Source: the human T2T-CHM13v2.0 reference genome, Homo sapiens. Taken from it: a DNA stretch of 64,000 nucleotides. The notes beneath the pieces were generated by a model, which saw only the letters and a program-made list of their open reading frames with translations, ran no database searches and was not told the origin of the DNA. Positions 43,659-60,711 of this stretch are shown here, in pieces (position 1 is the stretch's first letter; each line of letters begins with the position of its first letter). Location of the stretch: assembly GCF_009914755.1 (NCBI RefSeq), contig NC_060933.1; one strand, written 5' to 3'. Position numbers and translations under genes: made by a program.

Positions 43659-44839
43659 GAATTTATTTAACACCCACAACTCAATGAAATGGATACTTTT
43701 ATTATCCCCATTTCACAGATGAGCAAACTAATGCTCAGAAAGGTGCCCAGTCTGACACAGCTAGTAAATGGCAGAACCGGTATTGAAACCCAGCAGGTGC
43801 AGCATCCAGGCTTTTAATGCCTTGATGGGTTATTAATGTCTCTCTATTGCAGGTGGTACCTGAATACTGACTGTCTCCTAGGACATTTGGGTTCTTTGGA
43901 GGGTCCTTCGGAAGACTGTGTATTGCACAGTGCCCTGATGTGGGAGATTCTTTACTGGTTCAACCTCTCATAATCCCCAGTCCTTGATCTCAATCCCTAT
44001 TGAGGTAACCTGCAATTGCTTATGACTGGGGTTCTTTGTCTGGTGTCCAGTCTTCTTGGTAACTTAGCTACCTTCATAGCATCCACTGAACACACAGGAA
44101 TGTCCCATGTCCCTACCATCCCAATGGTGGGGAGTTCTATTCCTGGACCCTCTCACTCTGCCCTCAGATTGTTGCAATTCTTTTTAGACAGTAATATTAT
44201 TTAAAAAAAAAAAAAGACAAAACAAATGCTTTCCTTGTCTCTGAGTCCTAGTCTCTTAATTCTTAGGCAGTTGAAAAATGACTCCATGAGATGTGTTGTT
44301 ACCATTTACATTGTATCATTCAAGAATGAGAAGATCTAGGGAAATAATTCATCCCCTTTCTCCTTATATTTGCTGAGATGCCCTTCATCTTTACTTGAAG
44401 GCTGAGAACCAAAGCTATTTGTCTGGTTATAGGGCCTACAAATTGCAACAAAGGTTGGGGTGATTGTGCCTTTTAGTAAATTCCAAGGAAAAATGTCAAG
44501 TTGTATGTGTGTGTGTGTCTGTGTATGTTTACATATTTCCTACGTGTGTGTGTCTGTGTGTGTGTGTTTACATGTTTCCTATAATCATTTGTCTTGCTTT
44601 TTGAGGGCATTCCAACTACTGGTGGAAAAAATAAATAAATACAAGGGGGTCCATGCTGTGAGTAGTTGAAATGAAAATACTGGTGTTTTGATGGGATTAA
44701 TTCAGTACATTTATAATAGACTAATTCACCCAAAATCAACTTCTAAAACCAGTTTGCCTTAACTCACTTAACTCAATTTCAGTTAGCCTGATGACTATTG
44801 CATCTAATGTTGAAAATTCAGAATTAAAAATGAAATATT

Positions 44840-45209
<370 letters not shown>

Positions 45210-45623
45210 TTATCACATATAGGGAATCATGAGATTGTTACATATTGTTGTGACTGTCTTTTTCTGTTCCAGTCATTTTGAACACTTGCATTATTCTTTA
45301 GCCAATTTGTCAAAAAAAAAAAAGTCTTTTTCTTTACAATTTTGAATTTCTGCTAAAAATATTTAGTGGAATGAAATTTATTCCATTAAAAAAACGAACC
45401 TTTTGATTATTATTGTCTCCTTGCTACTTTCCTTTATTATAAGAGTCTATGAACTCTACATGTATGTGTATATATATACATATGTATGCATTAACCAAAT
45501 TAGCATACTCTCAGAGCTCATTTCTGTTTAGTGAGGTATTCGTATTTTAAAAGAATAAAGAAAAATGGGTCCCTCTTTTGATCACCATTCCATGTTATTT
45601 ATCAAGAGATCTAATTGATAAAG

Positions 45624-45927
<304 letters not shown>

Positions 45928-46116
45928 TAATTGATAAAGTTTTAAAATGCAAAATGTGCATCATTTCCAAATGAATTTATAGTGAGAATCATAACATTTT
46001 GAAAAACAGTTTTCAAAATGCCACTGGAGTGTTAACAAATTAATACCATCTGTGATGACTTTTCCATTCTGCCAAAACCTGATAAAGCTCTGCTGAAGTA
46101 AAGAAATTGGTTTCAC

Positions 46117-48399
<2,283 letters not shown>

Positions 48400-49225
48400 T
48401 ATTCTTCAGGATCATTGAATAAAAAGCTCATAAAGATTCAAAAAAGTCATACACTCAAAGTTATAAAAACCTTGTAGTTACCAACCCTCACCAATCTCAA
48501 AGAGAATGATTAGAAATACAAGCTCATTGTATTTTAAGAAGATTGACCTCTCAGAGAAATTCATGTTACAGCCCTTAAAAATCCCCCCCAAAATAACACC
48601 CAAATGGATCTAAAACCTTCAAAACGGAGTTAGACCTCAACATTAGGAGAAATTTTAATATGGCAAATTGGTTTTAGACAAAGCATATGTTTTACTGTTT
48701 ATTTTCGTAATGAGGGTTGAGAGGACAGGACGAAGTAACCATAAAGCACTTGGTAAAGAGTGTGAAGTTTTTAATTTACAAGAAAGAAAATGGAATAATT
48801 CAGAAATGCTGGTTATATCACACCCTTGCCGGGATTCTCATGCCTTGGCAGAGTCTGAGTTGGGGCTGTTTGTCCTGGGAATCACATACCACCAGAGGAG
48901 AGGCGTATTCTCCTCAGAGCCCTGAGTTTTTACATCCGTGAGCATGGGCAGCTACATAATTTGCAGGGCTAGGTGTTCCAAAAACGGTAAGGATTTCAAG
49001 GTAGGGAGAGCAGAACATTAAATTAAGCCCGAGGCCCTTCTGAGTGCAGATGCCATGCAGCTACCCAGGGCACACAGCCTTGAGGCAGCCAGGTCTATGA
49101 GAACAACCATTGCCTACTTTCTCTTCTACCCTCTCTCCTCTGCATGTTCTTTTCTTTTCTCCTTCTCCTTCTTTTTTCTTTTTTTCCAAGTCTGCTTTAT
49201 GCATCTTCTCTGTTAACCTCCACAT

Positions 49226-49230
<5 letters not shown>

Positions 49231-49256
<26 letters not shown>

Positions 49257-49537
49257 TGAGACGGAGTCTCGCTGTCGCCCAGGCTGGAGTGCACTGGCGC
49301 GATCTTGGTTCACTGCAGGCTCCGCCCCCCGGGGGTTCACGCCATTCTCCTGCCTCAGCCTCCCACGTAGCGGGATTACAGGCGCCCGCCACCTCGCCCG
49401 GCTAATTTTTTGTATTTTTAGTAGAGATGGGGTTTCACCGTGTTAGCCAGGATGGTCTCGATCTCCTGACCTCATGATCCGCCCACCTCGGCCTCCCAAA
49501 GTGCTGGGATTACAGGCGTGAGCCACCGCGCCCGGCC
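49231..49537 (-). mobile_element. AluY, probably Ye5/Ye6 lineage
   Basis: T27 tail, CpG-rich; sense-strand features GAACCCCCGGGGGGCGGAGCCTGCAG, GGGCGAGGTGG and GGGCGACAGCGAGAC; TSD cacatcttg. Confidence 0.9.
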
Positions 49538-49800
49538 CACATCTTGATTTCTTAATGTAAAGTCCCTGGGTAGCTAATGGAGGGAAATTCTGAGCTTAGA
49601 TATTGCCTTGGTGGATGTTACCCATGATTGACTCAGTTTGAAAAGAACCTGCTTCCTAAAGATACTCAATATTTTCTTCATTTCCTCCGAATCTGCCCAT
49701 TAATGCAGCATCTGGCCTCCTAGCAGAAGCGGAGAACTTTTCAGAAACTTAGAGATCAGTAGTATCAAAACAATCTCAGCCAAAGCATAAGATGAAAATG

Positions 49801-49865
49801 TACTAACGTTCTTTCTTTTCTCCTTTAATTTGACTTCCTGTGGGAACTTCCTTTCCTGTTAATAG
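49801..49865 (+). promoter_or_regulatory. Consensus branch point (TACTAAC) and AG-free pyrimidine-rich zone upstream of the 7-nt microexon
   Basis: TACTAAC at 49801-49807, then no AG until the acceptor at 49864-49865. Confidence 0.75.
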
Positions 49866-49872
49866 AATGGAG
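49866..49872 (+). CDS. MUSK: MUSK 7-nt microexon AATGGAG, encoding (E)-W-(S/R)
   Basis: ctgttaatag|AATGGAG|gtaaga; supplies exactly the bases needed to join ...GCA G to T AAA CCA as A-E-W-S-K-P; phase 1-2. Confidence 0.93.
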
Positions 49873-49919
49873 GTAAGAAACTGTTATTGTAACAATGTTT
49901 CCAATGTTTTGTTTTGTAG

Positions 49920-49984
49920 GGATTTCGTTTGTTTGTTTTTGTCTGTGAGAGGGTCTTGTGTTGCCCAGGCTGGAGTGCGGTGGA
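49920..49984 (-). mobile_element. Severely 5'-truncated Alu 3' tip
   Basis: T-rich tail plus tgagagggtcttgtgttgcccaggctggagtgcggtgg; atgttttgtttt repeated on both sides. Confidence 0.6.
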
Positions 49985-50517
49985 GTATGTTTTGTTTTTG
50001 TTATTTGACATGCCATTTATTGAGTGTTTACTATTTGCTGAGCACTGTAACATTTTAGAAACTTTCTAATTTCTAATCCTTTTAGTAAGTATGATGAAGT
50101 GAAAGACAGGTAACCTCTACTGAATACTTACTATGGATCGGGCACTGTGCTGAGCTTCACATGCATTATTTAAATCTATCTTCAAGACATCCCCATGGAA
50201 TGGGTATTATTGTTATCTCTATTTTGCAGAAAAAAAAAATAAAAAAAACCTAAGAAAGTTTCTTTGAACTGGAGAGTTCAAGTGGCTTACACAGCCAGTA
50301 AATGATAAAGTTAGAAATGGAACCCAGAACTGCCAAACTCCCCCTTATAGCTCTAACCTATATATAAGAAGGTATCCCTTGCAATATAACCTTTTGCAAC
50401 TTACAGTGTTTTATTTGCAGTACTTTTAAAACTGACCTTCATAAAACTCTATGGAGTGTAATTAATTTTAAGACAGCATTCTTAGCACATAGCCTACGTT
50501 TAAAAACAGGCAGCAGG

Positions 50518-50770
50518 ATACAAAATTTTGGTTAGATAGCAAAAATAAGTTCAAGAGATTTAGAGTACAATACAGTGACTATCATTAATAACAATGTATT
50601 GTATTCTTGACAACCACTGAGAATAGATTTTAAGTGTTCTCATCATCAGAAAATGGTAAGTATGTGAGGTAATGCATTTGTTAATTAGCTCAATTTAGTC
50701 ATCCCACAATGCGTACATGTTTTAAAACATCATGTGGTACACAATAAAAAAAACAGTTTTTTTTAACTAA
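50518..50770 (+). mobile_element. L1MA 3' end inserted into a MER58-like DNA element
   Basis: gatacaaaatttt...gtaagtatgtgaggtaatgcatttgttaattagctc...aaaacatcatgtggtacacaataaa; the MER58 end resumes at 51131 (ccaaatttgtcc...tgctgacccctg). Confidence 0.8.
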
Positions 50771-52246
50771 AAACACTTTTTAAAGTTTTACTGTTAAAAA
50801 GGTCTTAAGAAATACCATTTGGATGTATATATTGCTCTGAAAAGCAGTGAAAATCATGATACACATTATATGAAAAATTAAACTAGTTTTAAGTATATAG
50901 GATAGTGATTTGTCATAATTGACTGCATTCCAGTTTGTTAATGTGGTATCAAAAATTCTCAGTTCAAAAAAAAGAAAAAATTCTGAGTCCATTTTTTAAT
51001 CTAAATATTGCTTTAATAATTTTTATTAACAATTTTGGAGCTACTGCCTTAGCAGAGTAAAGTTTATCTAAACTAAAATTAATAAAAGTGCCATTTAATA
51101 ACCCTCCTTCTGAAAAAAACAGGCAGCAGGCCAAATTTGTCCTGTGGGTTGTACTTGCTGACCCCTGCCTTGGAGAATAAATTATATACAAAGACACTAG
51201 ACGCGAAAGAATAGAAACAGTTCCCGTTTGCTTTGAAGGTTGGAAGTAGCACAGAATCTGTCATTACCTTTGTTGGGAATGTTCAAGGAGAGATAAGGCA
51301 GTTGCTAAAAAAGGGAAGATTTGTCTGAAGCAGAGGAGAGGTACAGCTGTCAAGTGTGCCTGTGCAGGGAGGGAGGGAAGTAAGGTGTGGAGTTTCCACT
51401 AGAGTCTTGGGGTTGTCATAACACAAACATGCCATGGCTGGTCATCTGGAATGCCCTTGGGACAAAATATTATGTGTTCAAAGGGAGTAGACATCTCCCT
51501 CAGAGAAACTTGAAGATAACATTTTAAAATGTTCTATTGAATGTGATTCATGCGTTTCAAAGTAGAGAGAAATAGGAGTAAGAGGTGCAGTGAGAATTCT
51601 TTACCTACTCCCTTTGACCACATAGGGTTGTCTGTTATAAAAGAAGTTGAAAAGGAGATCCGAGATCAAATATCCATTATTGCCTCTACAAGAAAGGGAA
51701 CTTTTCTGAAGGAGAAGTCAACTGAGTTTATATTGTAAGGAGGCAAGAGAGGGACTGTTTCCATGTGCAATATTAACTAGCATTATTAGAAGCTAGTCTG
51801 GCTGATGATTCCGAAATAACCAGCATTCTGTGAATGGATCCCTGTGACCTCTGTCCCACGGTTCTAATGAGCAACAGGACCAGCTGCTTCTAGTGTTGCC
51901 CCATCAGCAGTACCACGAACTGCAGGCAGAGAAACACAACTTTAGCTGGACATGGAGGGGTCTTGTCACTTACAAAAGACAACAGAAGACACCAATGGAA
52001 ATTATTTGCATTTATCTCATTCCCCAGTTCTTGCTGTGAGCTCCTTTTAAAAATGTTTGAAGTGATAGATTTAGGGGTTTGAGGGACAAAATGTTCCAGT
52101 TGGCCTCTGTGTCTTGCATCTAGAATTTGATCACTGTGTAAAATTGAAGGCTTATATTTCTGCACAAGAGGAGAGGAAAAGGAAGTGGTTGAAACACTGA
52201 AACTATAGGTAGTTGATAGATAAACAAATTCAGATATATATAAATT

Positions 52247-52267
52247 TAGATAGATAGATAGATAGAT

Positions 52268-52310
<43 letters not shown>

Positions 52311-52316
52311 GTAGAT
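52247..52316 (+). repeat. (GATA)n tetranucleotide STR
   Basis: About 16 units with two interruptions. Confidence 0.95.
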
Positions 52317-53076
52317 CATCGGTCTTGTGTGTGCCTTACCTTTTAGAGCTAATCCAAGCACTGATATAATACCAAAGCCAAGTCCTTAATTATTCCAGGA
52401 ACATCATAGAAATGAAATGTAGAAAACTAATAATAATCATATACTTTGTATGTGTATGTTTTTTCCCAGCACATAAAGGGTTTGTATAAGCTAGTGGTCA
52501 TCAAGCTGTTAGGAAGAAAAAGCAAAATTAAAACTAAGATCTTCTCATTTCTATTCAAAACCTATTGTCTTTTTTTCTTTTTCATTTTTATTTTGCATTA
52601 TATACTTAATGCTATAAAACTAATGAGGATTCAATACTAGCAGAAATTCAGACAGAGGGGTTCATTATTAGTTGATTGTTAGTAATCCTTATCTCTGAAG
52701 TTATTTTCATTAATTTTTCTTTTGTGTACTTTTTCTTAGTTTCCAGTTTTTTAAAAAAGTGTGTTTTGATGTATAATTAAAGGAAACATCATGAAATGTC
52801 TATTATTTTTAAAAATACTCATGGAAAATGAGTAACAGCATCATTGAATAGTTAACACATGACAGCAAAACCTGAATGAATAATTCTCAGCTCGGAGACA
52901 CTGAGAAATATTTAATTTTTACATGGTGGAGTTTTTTCTGTTAAGCGTAAAGGGTCACACATGCTCTTATTCATCCCCCTTTATGCCGAGATATTACGTC
53001 AACATGTGAGACCATTTCGTAAACCAGTTTGAGATATTTCTGGTTACTCCTTATTATATAGTTTCTTAAAGCACAG

Positions 53077-53986
<910 letters not shown>

Positions 53987-55458
53987 ACAGCATCCTTGTT
54001 TCTGTCTAATTTTCTCTGGGGGTTTTCTCACCTTTACCTTGAGAAAGTTTTCGTGGAGTTTTGTGCTTTCTTATTCAAGGCCTTCATTTTAAATATTCCC
54101 AACAAACAAAGGGATACAGTAAAACTCATGTTGGCTAATTAGAAAAAGGCCAGTATGAATTAAAGGAAGACTCTATATTACAAAATATTGTTTTAAAGTA
54201 TAGCTGTGTTTCTTGGAAGTTCATCATTTTACCTGAATGTATTATATCTCATTCCAATGAATTTGCTTTAAAGACCTGCCAGTGGTGGTTTGTAATTATA
54301 GTATTAATTTTTTAAATTCAATTGGGGTCACGTAACAATTTTAAAATTTGACACAAATTCTAATTTGTTTAATTTTCTTACTTTAAATTCTTTATATAAA
54401 GACAATGAAAAACTAAATTCGATAGTTGTACAAATCTAAATGAGAATATAACTTAAGAGTTTTCTTAAGTCATTACTAACACTATGGAAGATCTGATAGA
54501 ACACATAAGAATATACTGAGACCATCACAGTGCCTACACATAATAAGTATTCAATATATGTTTGTCAGGTGAGAATATGAGTTGTTATAATTCCCAGCAT
54601 TATATTAAGGGAACAAGTAGATGTGTGAAGAGAGTACCAATAGCATTTTCCATTCTCCCAATTGTCTTCAGTTATTATAGCAGATAAGTTTTTAATCCTA
54701 TGTTTGTGCTAGCACTAGCATTTACAGGTTTCTCCCTGATATATGGCCCATTAACACACAATAATCCGAGTTCAGAGTAATTACTTACATCATTCAACAG
54801 AATAGATCACTGAGGCACTGGGTGACCAGTTGACTTTCCATGTGATGAGACATGATGAGAAAACAGCAAAGCTGAAGGTGCTACTTGGCTCCTCTGGAAG
54901 CCATATTTCTGCTTTCTCCTCCCTACATCACTTTCTTTTTCTTTAATGGAATTCTAGGAAGATGTGTGAGTGGGAGAATCTGAGTGTGGAAGGTGTTGCA
55001 AAGATGTATATGTTGTCAAAAATTAAGGTAAACTATCATAACACATAAATAAACTATGTTCCTAAAGCTGCAAACTTTTTAGGTGAGAGCAATTATTCTT
55101 ATGCTCAATTATTTGTTAACCATCATGATGAAATGTCTTCCAGATGCATCTTTGCTTATATCAGCTTATTAACTAAGAGTAGTCAGATTCTATTTATAAT
55201 GTAAAATATTAAAAATACCCAAATCTATTCAGTCCTTCATAGTTCCCAAAGCTTTCCACATCTATCGTCACATTTGGCCTTCTCAATAGCCCTGTGGAGT
55301 AGCTAGAGATGATATAATTGCAGCTGGAAATGAAGACAATATTCAAATGGAGCGTGTCAACCAATTTACTAGTACAATTTTCTCCTATTTCTGAGACACA
55401 GATGTGAAAACCAAAAAAAAAAAGAAAAGCAGAATGAATGCCAAGAAATAGCATGTGA

Positions 55459-55752
<294 letters not shown>

Positions 55753-55864
55753 TAAAATCTCAAAAATAAGTCAAAGGAAAAATTCCATTTTTCTATCTGC
55801 ACAACAGAAGGAGTTTTTGAAAAATGTTGTAATATGCAACAGTAAAAGGAAAAGCTGGTTTTCA

Positions 55865-56200
<336 letters not shown>

Positions 56201-57891
56201 CTACCATATAAATCACTAAAGATAACCTAAAATACAAGTACTTAGAACCTCTAGAAAATATCATAAATGGTGTAATATTCCATTACTCTTGTTATTGTTC
56301 ACATTATTATCATATCCATAAATATCCCAGATTTCTATCAGATGAAAGGAGAAATCTTAAACATGGACCTCATTAGTAAGCCAAGATAGAGAAAATAAAA
56401 ACTGTACATTATTTGTCAATAAATGAGATCATGCCAAGCATCTCTGAATGTTATTTTAAAGTACATTCCATCCAAAATTCTAAGTTCTGATGCTGTTGCC
56501 TCATTTGGGTGGTTATAGGAAGGAATTAGATTATAAATAGATATTTTGTTAAACTCCCATACTTTTTAAATATTGAAATTGATAAATTTATGTTCAATAG
56601 AATTATCTTCATCTTTAATTACTTCTTATGTAGAAAAAAAAGAATCTAGTTTTTGAGCTAAATAGAACAAAGTTCAAATACTGTTAGTTCTGCTTTCTCG
56701 ATGTGTGTGGTCTTGGCTAAACTTCAGTTTCCTCATCTGCACGGTAGAATTGAGAGGATTAAAGGAAAAATCACACTCATGGAATATGTCAGAAACTAGA
56801 TAGACATTGTTATTCCTAAATTTTCTGTTGAGGAAACCCCATGACAACAACCAACACAGCACATTTCCACTTCTATTTTGATAAAACCAGAAACTATTTA
56901 AATATTGCAATAATTTGAGGACACTCTCTATTTAGCATTCAATAACAACAGTATGGTCATTAAATTAGAGTTCTGTATTCCTCAATTTACTGCAAAGTTT
57001 GAGGGTTTGGAGACACTATAAGAGTAATATAATTTGTTTATTCATCTAAGAAGATTGTATTGTGATCAGGCATGTTATCTAAAAATCTCTAGGGACTTCA
57101 GCATTGACAGAATAAGAAGGGGAAAGAGAAGGAGAGAAAAAGTAAAATTACTGCAAAAAAAAATGGGAAGAGTGGGTGAGGGGCAGTAAAATTTGTTTTA
57201 ATAGAACTTAAGAAATACTGATGCTATTTCAACTGTCCTTGCAGTTATTTGAAAAAATAGTGTCTCTGTTAATTATCACTTCTTTAGTTTAGATTTCTCT
57301 TTCTTGGGCTTCTTTATAGGATTCTCCAAAATTGTTTATTTGACGTACTGCTCAACAGTGAAAATCCTTTTGCTAGAAAGTAGCACGTGTATAATAAACA
57401 GAATGTAACCAGCAAAATAAAGTGACAGTAGATTCTATCAGCTTTTCCTTTAGTACTACTAACATAATTTGTGGTGGCCACGGGATAGTTATCATACTTA
57501 CACAGTGACACTCAGGCAAATCAGCTCAACACCATGGATAGATGCTTGAGAGAAATAATAATTAGATTAGAAAAATTCTCTGTGTGTGTGACAGCCATTG
57601 TGGTTTTCTGATTACAAAACCCACAAGACTCCATTGTATAAAAAAAGAACACAGTACTTTCATTGCTAAAACCCAGAAAGTTGGTCACTACTGAGGTGTG
57701 TGTTTACTTATATTTACTTATATCTATATTTCTGTACTCTGAATTCTATTTCATGGATGGTTTCTCTATTTTTGCATTAGAGACTTTGGGTTTAATTACT
57801 GTCTTTATAATTAATTTCAATTTGTGCTACGAATTTCACAGGTTTTCATCTTTTAAAAAATTATTGTTTACTCATTATATAATTATTTTTA

Positions 57892-58249
57892 TTACATGTT
57901 GACATTGGCAAAATGTTTCTAAATTTCATATTTAAAAATAATTATATAAGTTATATAATACAATTATATATTAACTTAACAATAATTATCAATAATAATT
58001 AATAATTATTATATTAATAATAAATAATACTTAATATGATATAACTAATTATAAGCTATATAATTATATATTATAGTATATAACTTATATAATTGATATA
58101 ATTTACAATTGTATATTAATTATATAACATATAATTAATATATAATTATAATTATAGTTTATAATAATATAATTATATATTATATAGCTCACTATATAAT
58201 TATTTTTAAATATAAAATTTAGAAACATTTTGCCAATGTCCACATGTAA
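57892..58249. repeat. AT-rich palindrome with 57-bp inverted arms (55/57 identical) and a 244-bp AT-rich spacer
   Basis: 57892-57948 is the reverse complement of 58193-58249 with 2 mismatches. Confidence 0.93.
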
Positions 58250-58826
58250 ATACCATTTAGAATTTGATCAGAATGATGCTAAGTTTATACAATTAACTTA
58301 GGGCACAGAGCTATATTTACATTACTGAGTATTCTCATTTAGGAGTATGGTATGCCATTCTTTTTATGTAGATCTTGTATTATGCCTGCTAGTAAAATTT
58401 GATGATTTCTTTCTTACTTTTTTTTTAATTAAATTTATGACTAGGTGTGTTTTATAGTCATTGCTGTTGTTGCAAGAGTATTAATTATAATATAGTTATT
58501 ACAGGAGGCTAGAATGTCCATAAAACATAGAGATGCAATTAATTCCCTTGTTCCTTATTTTAATAAAACTGCCATTAATTTCTTTAGAATTTGTACATTT
58601 TAGAGTTGAACTATGTAATTTTTTGGATCATATTAATCAGATTTCTAAAAATGTATTCTTTTTTTTGAGGTAGTTAGTTGATAGAAGTATAATTTATATA
58701 CAAGAAACTGTGCCCCTTTTAACCATATAGTTCAGAGTTTGACAAACGTATACAACAATGTAACCACTACCCCAATCAAGACATAGAATGTTTTCACCAC
58801 CCATAAATTTCTCTTATGCTCATTTC

Positions 58827-59059
<233 letters not shown>

Positions 59060-60630
59060 CTCTTATGCTCATTTCTAATCAACTTCCCATTATCTCTAAA
59101 GGCATCGTCGTTCTGATTTCTCTGACAACTAGTTTTGCTTGTTCCTGAATCTCATACTCATGAAATTGTATAATATATACTGCTTTGTGTCTGACTTCTT
59201 TTGTTCAACATGTTTTTGATATTCATCCACATTGCTACATGTAACAGTGGTTTGTTCCTTTTCATTGCAGCTTTTATTTGTGTGGTTGAGATGGAAATAG
59301 TTATGTGAAGAAGTAGGTAGGGTCAAGCTCCCCTTCATGCTGCCTAAGAATTATAAAGCAATTAATTTGAACAACTGCAGTATCAAAAGGAAAGTTAGTA
59401 TAGAAATGTTAGGCCACTCAAGATGACAGACTCATCAGCCACAACAAAAAAGTCAGATACCAGCTTTAGACACAAAGGATCAACCAAATAATTTATTCCT
59501 GCAATTTGTAGTTTATTCCAATTTTGTTTGGTATTATACCTCCTAATTATTGAGAGGAATCAAGTCTCATCAATCATAAATCATTAATCCTTGCCAACAA
59601 ATGTGTATTATTTTCCATTTTGTTAACGAGTTGTTACTACTATATAATAAAGCCATTTCATTTTATTATATTTATATACAACAACCGCTTTACAGTATTC
59701 TATTAGATTTTTGATTGATAGTCTATGGTTCCTCTGATGGAAAAATATGGTCTATAAATTATTATATATAGTTTATATATAATATAAAACTATAAATCTT
59801 AATTAGATTCTACTCTTTCTTAATTGAAATTTCAGAAATTTTTACTAGAATTAAAATTAAATTTTATCTTCATGTGCTAGCACAAAATACATTTATTAAC
59901 TTTCCAGCATTTATGTCCCAGATCAGTTTACATGCCTGAGCCACAGATGTTCTTTCTAATCTTGAAAATAATTCACCTTTTTGAAAGAAAAAAATCCCTT
60001 TCATTGAAATGTTAAATTTATTAGAAAATCATAGTTATTTCCTAAATCTATGTCATTCACAGTATACATTTAAATTTTTTTTCTAATTCCCATTGTTATT
60101 TAAATAAGTAGTTTTATTGGGAAAATGTTATTTTTTAAAATCCTCATCATCAAATATTTTGTTCCCATTGAAGTAAGAAAATATAATCTAAAAATTTTTA
60201 CATTTTAATATTTTATAGAGGTTTTTTCTCTGATATATAATAATAAAAATTGGCATTTATAAAGACTTAGTCTCTTCCATTAACATACAAAATTCATATA
60301 TTTATGTTCAATCCTTTCTGCTCTTAAATGAGTATTAGCTATTTGGTCCAATAGTTTAATAGTGATGCGTCAAAATTTTCACAATTGTGTTTCCAAGAAT
60401 GTTTTCTTGCAATTCTGACTCCTGCTTTTTGCACCAAGAAATATTAAACTAAAATTGAATTTACTGCTGATAACTGGTAAGTTTGATCTTCATTTTTTTG
60501 TTATATCTTTTGAAAAAGTCTCTACCTTTATTCATCAAACTAGTTCAGAAGTTGTCAACCATTTTATATTCTACTTCTACTTGCTTGTGAGATTTTTAAA
60601 AGCGTGCTATCACTCATGGTTTTCTAATTA

Positions 60631-60711
60631 TTAGGTTGGTACAAAAGTAATTGTGTTTTTTTTCCATTAAAAGTAATGGCAAGAACCGCAATTACTTTTG
60701 CCCCAACCTAA
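60631..60711. mobile_element. MADE1 MITE, full length
   Basis: ttaggttggtacaaaagtaattg...caattacttttgccccaacctaa; about 80-bp hairpin preceded by TA. Confidence 0.9.
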
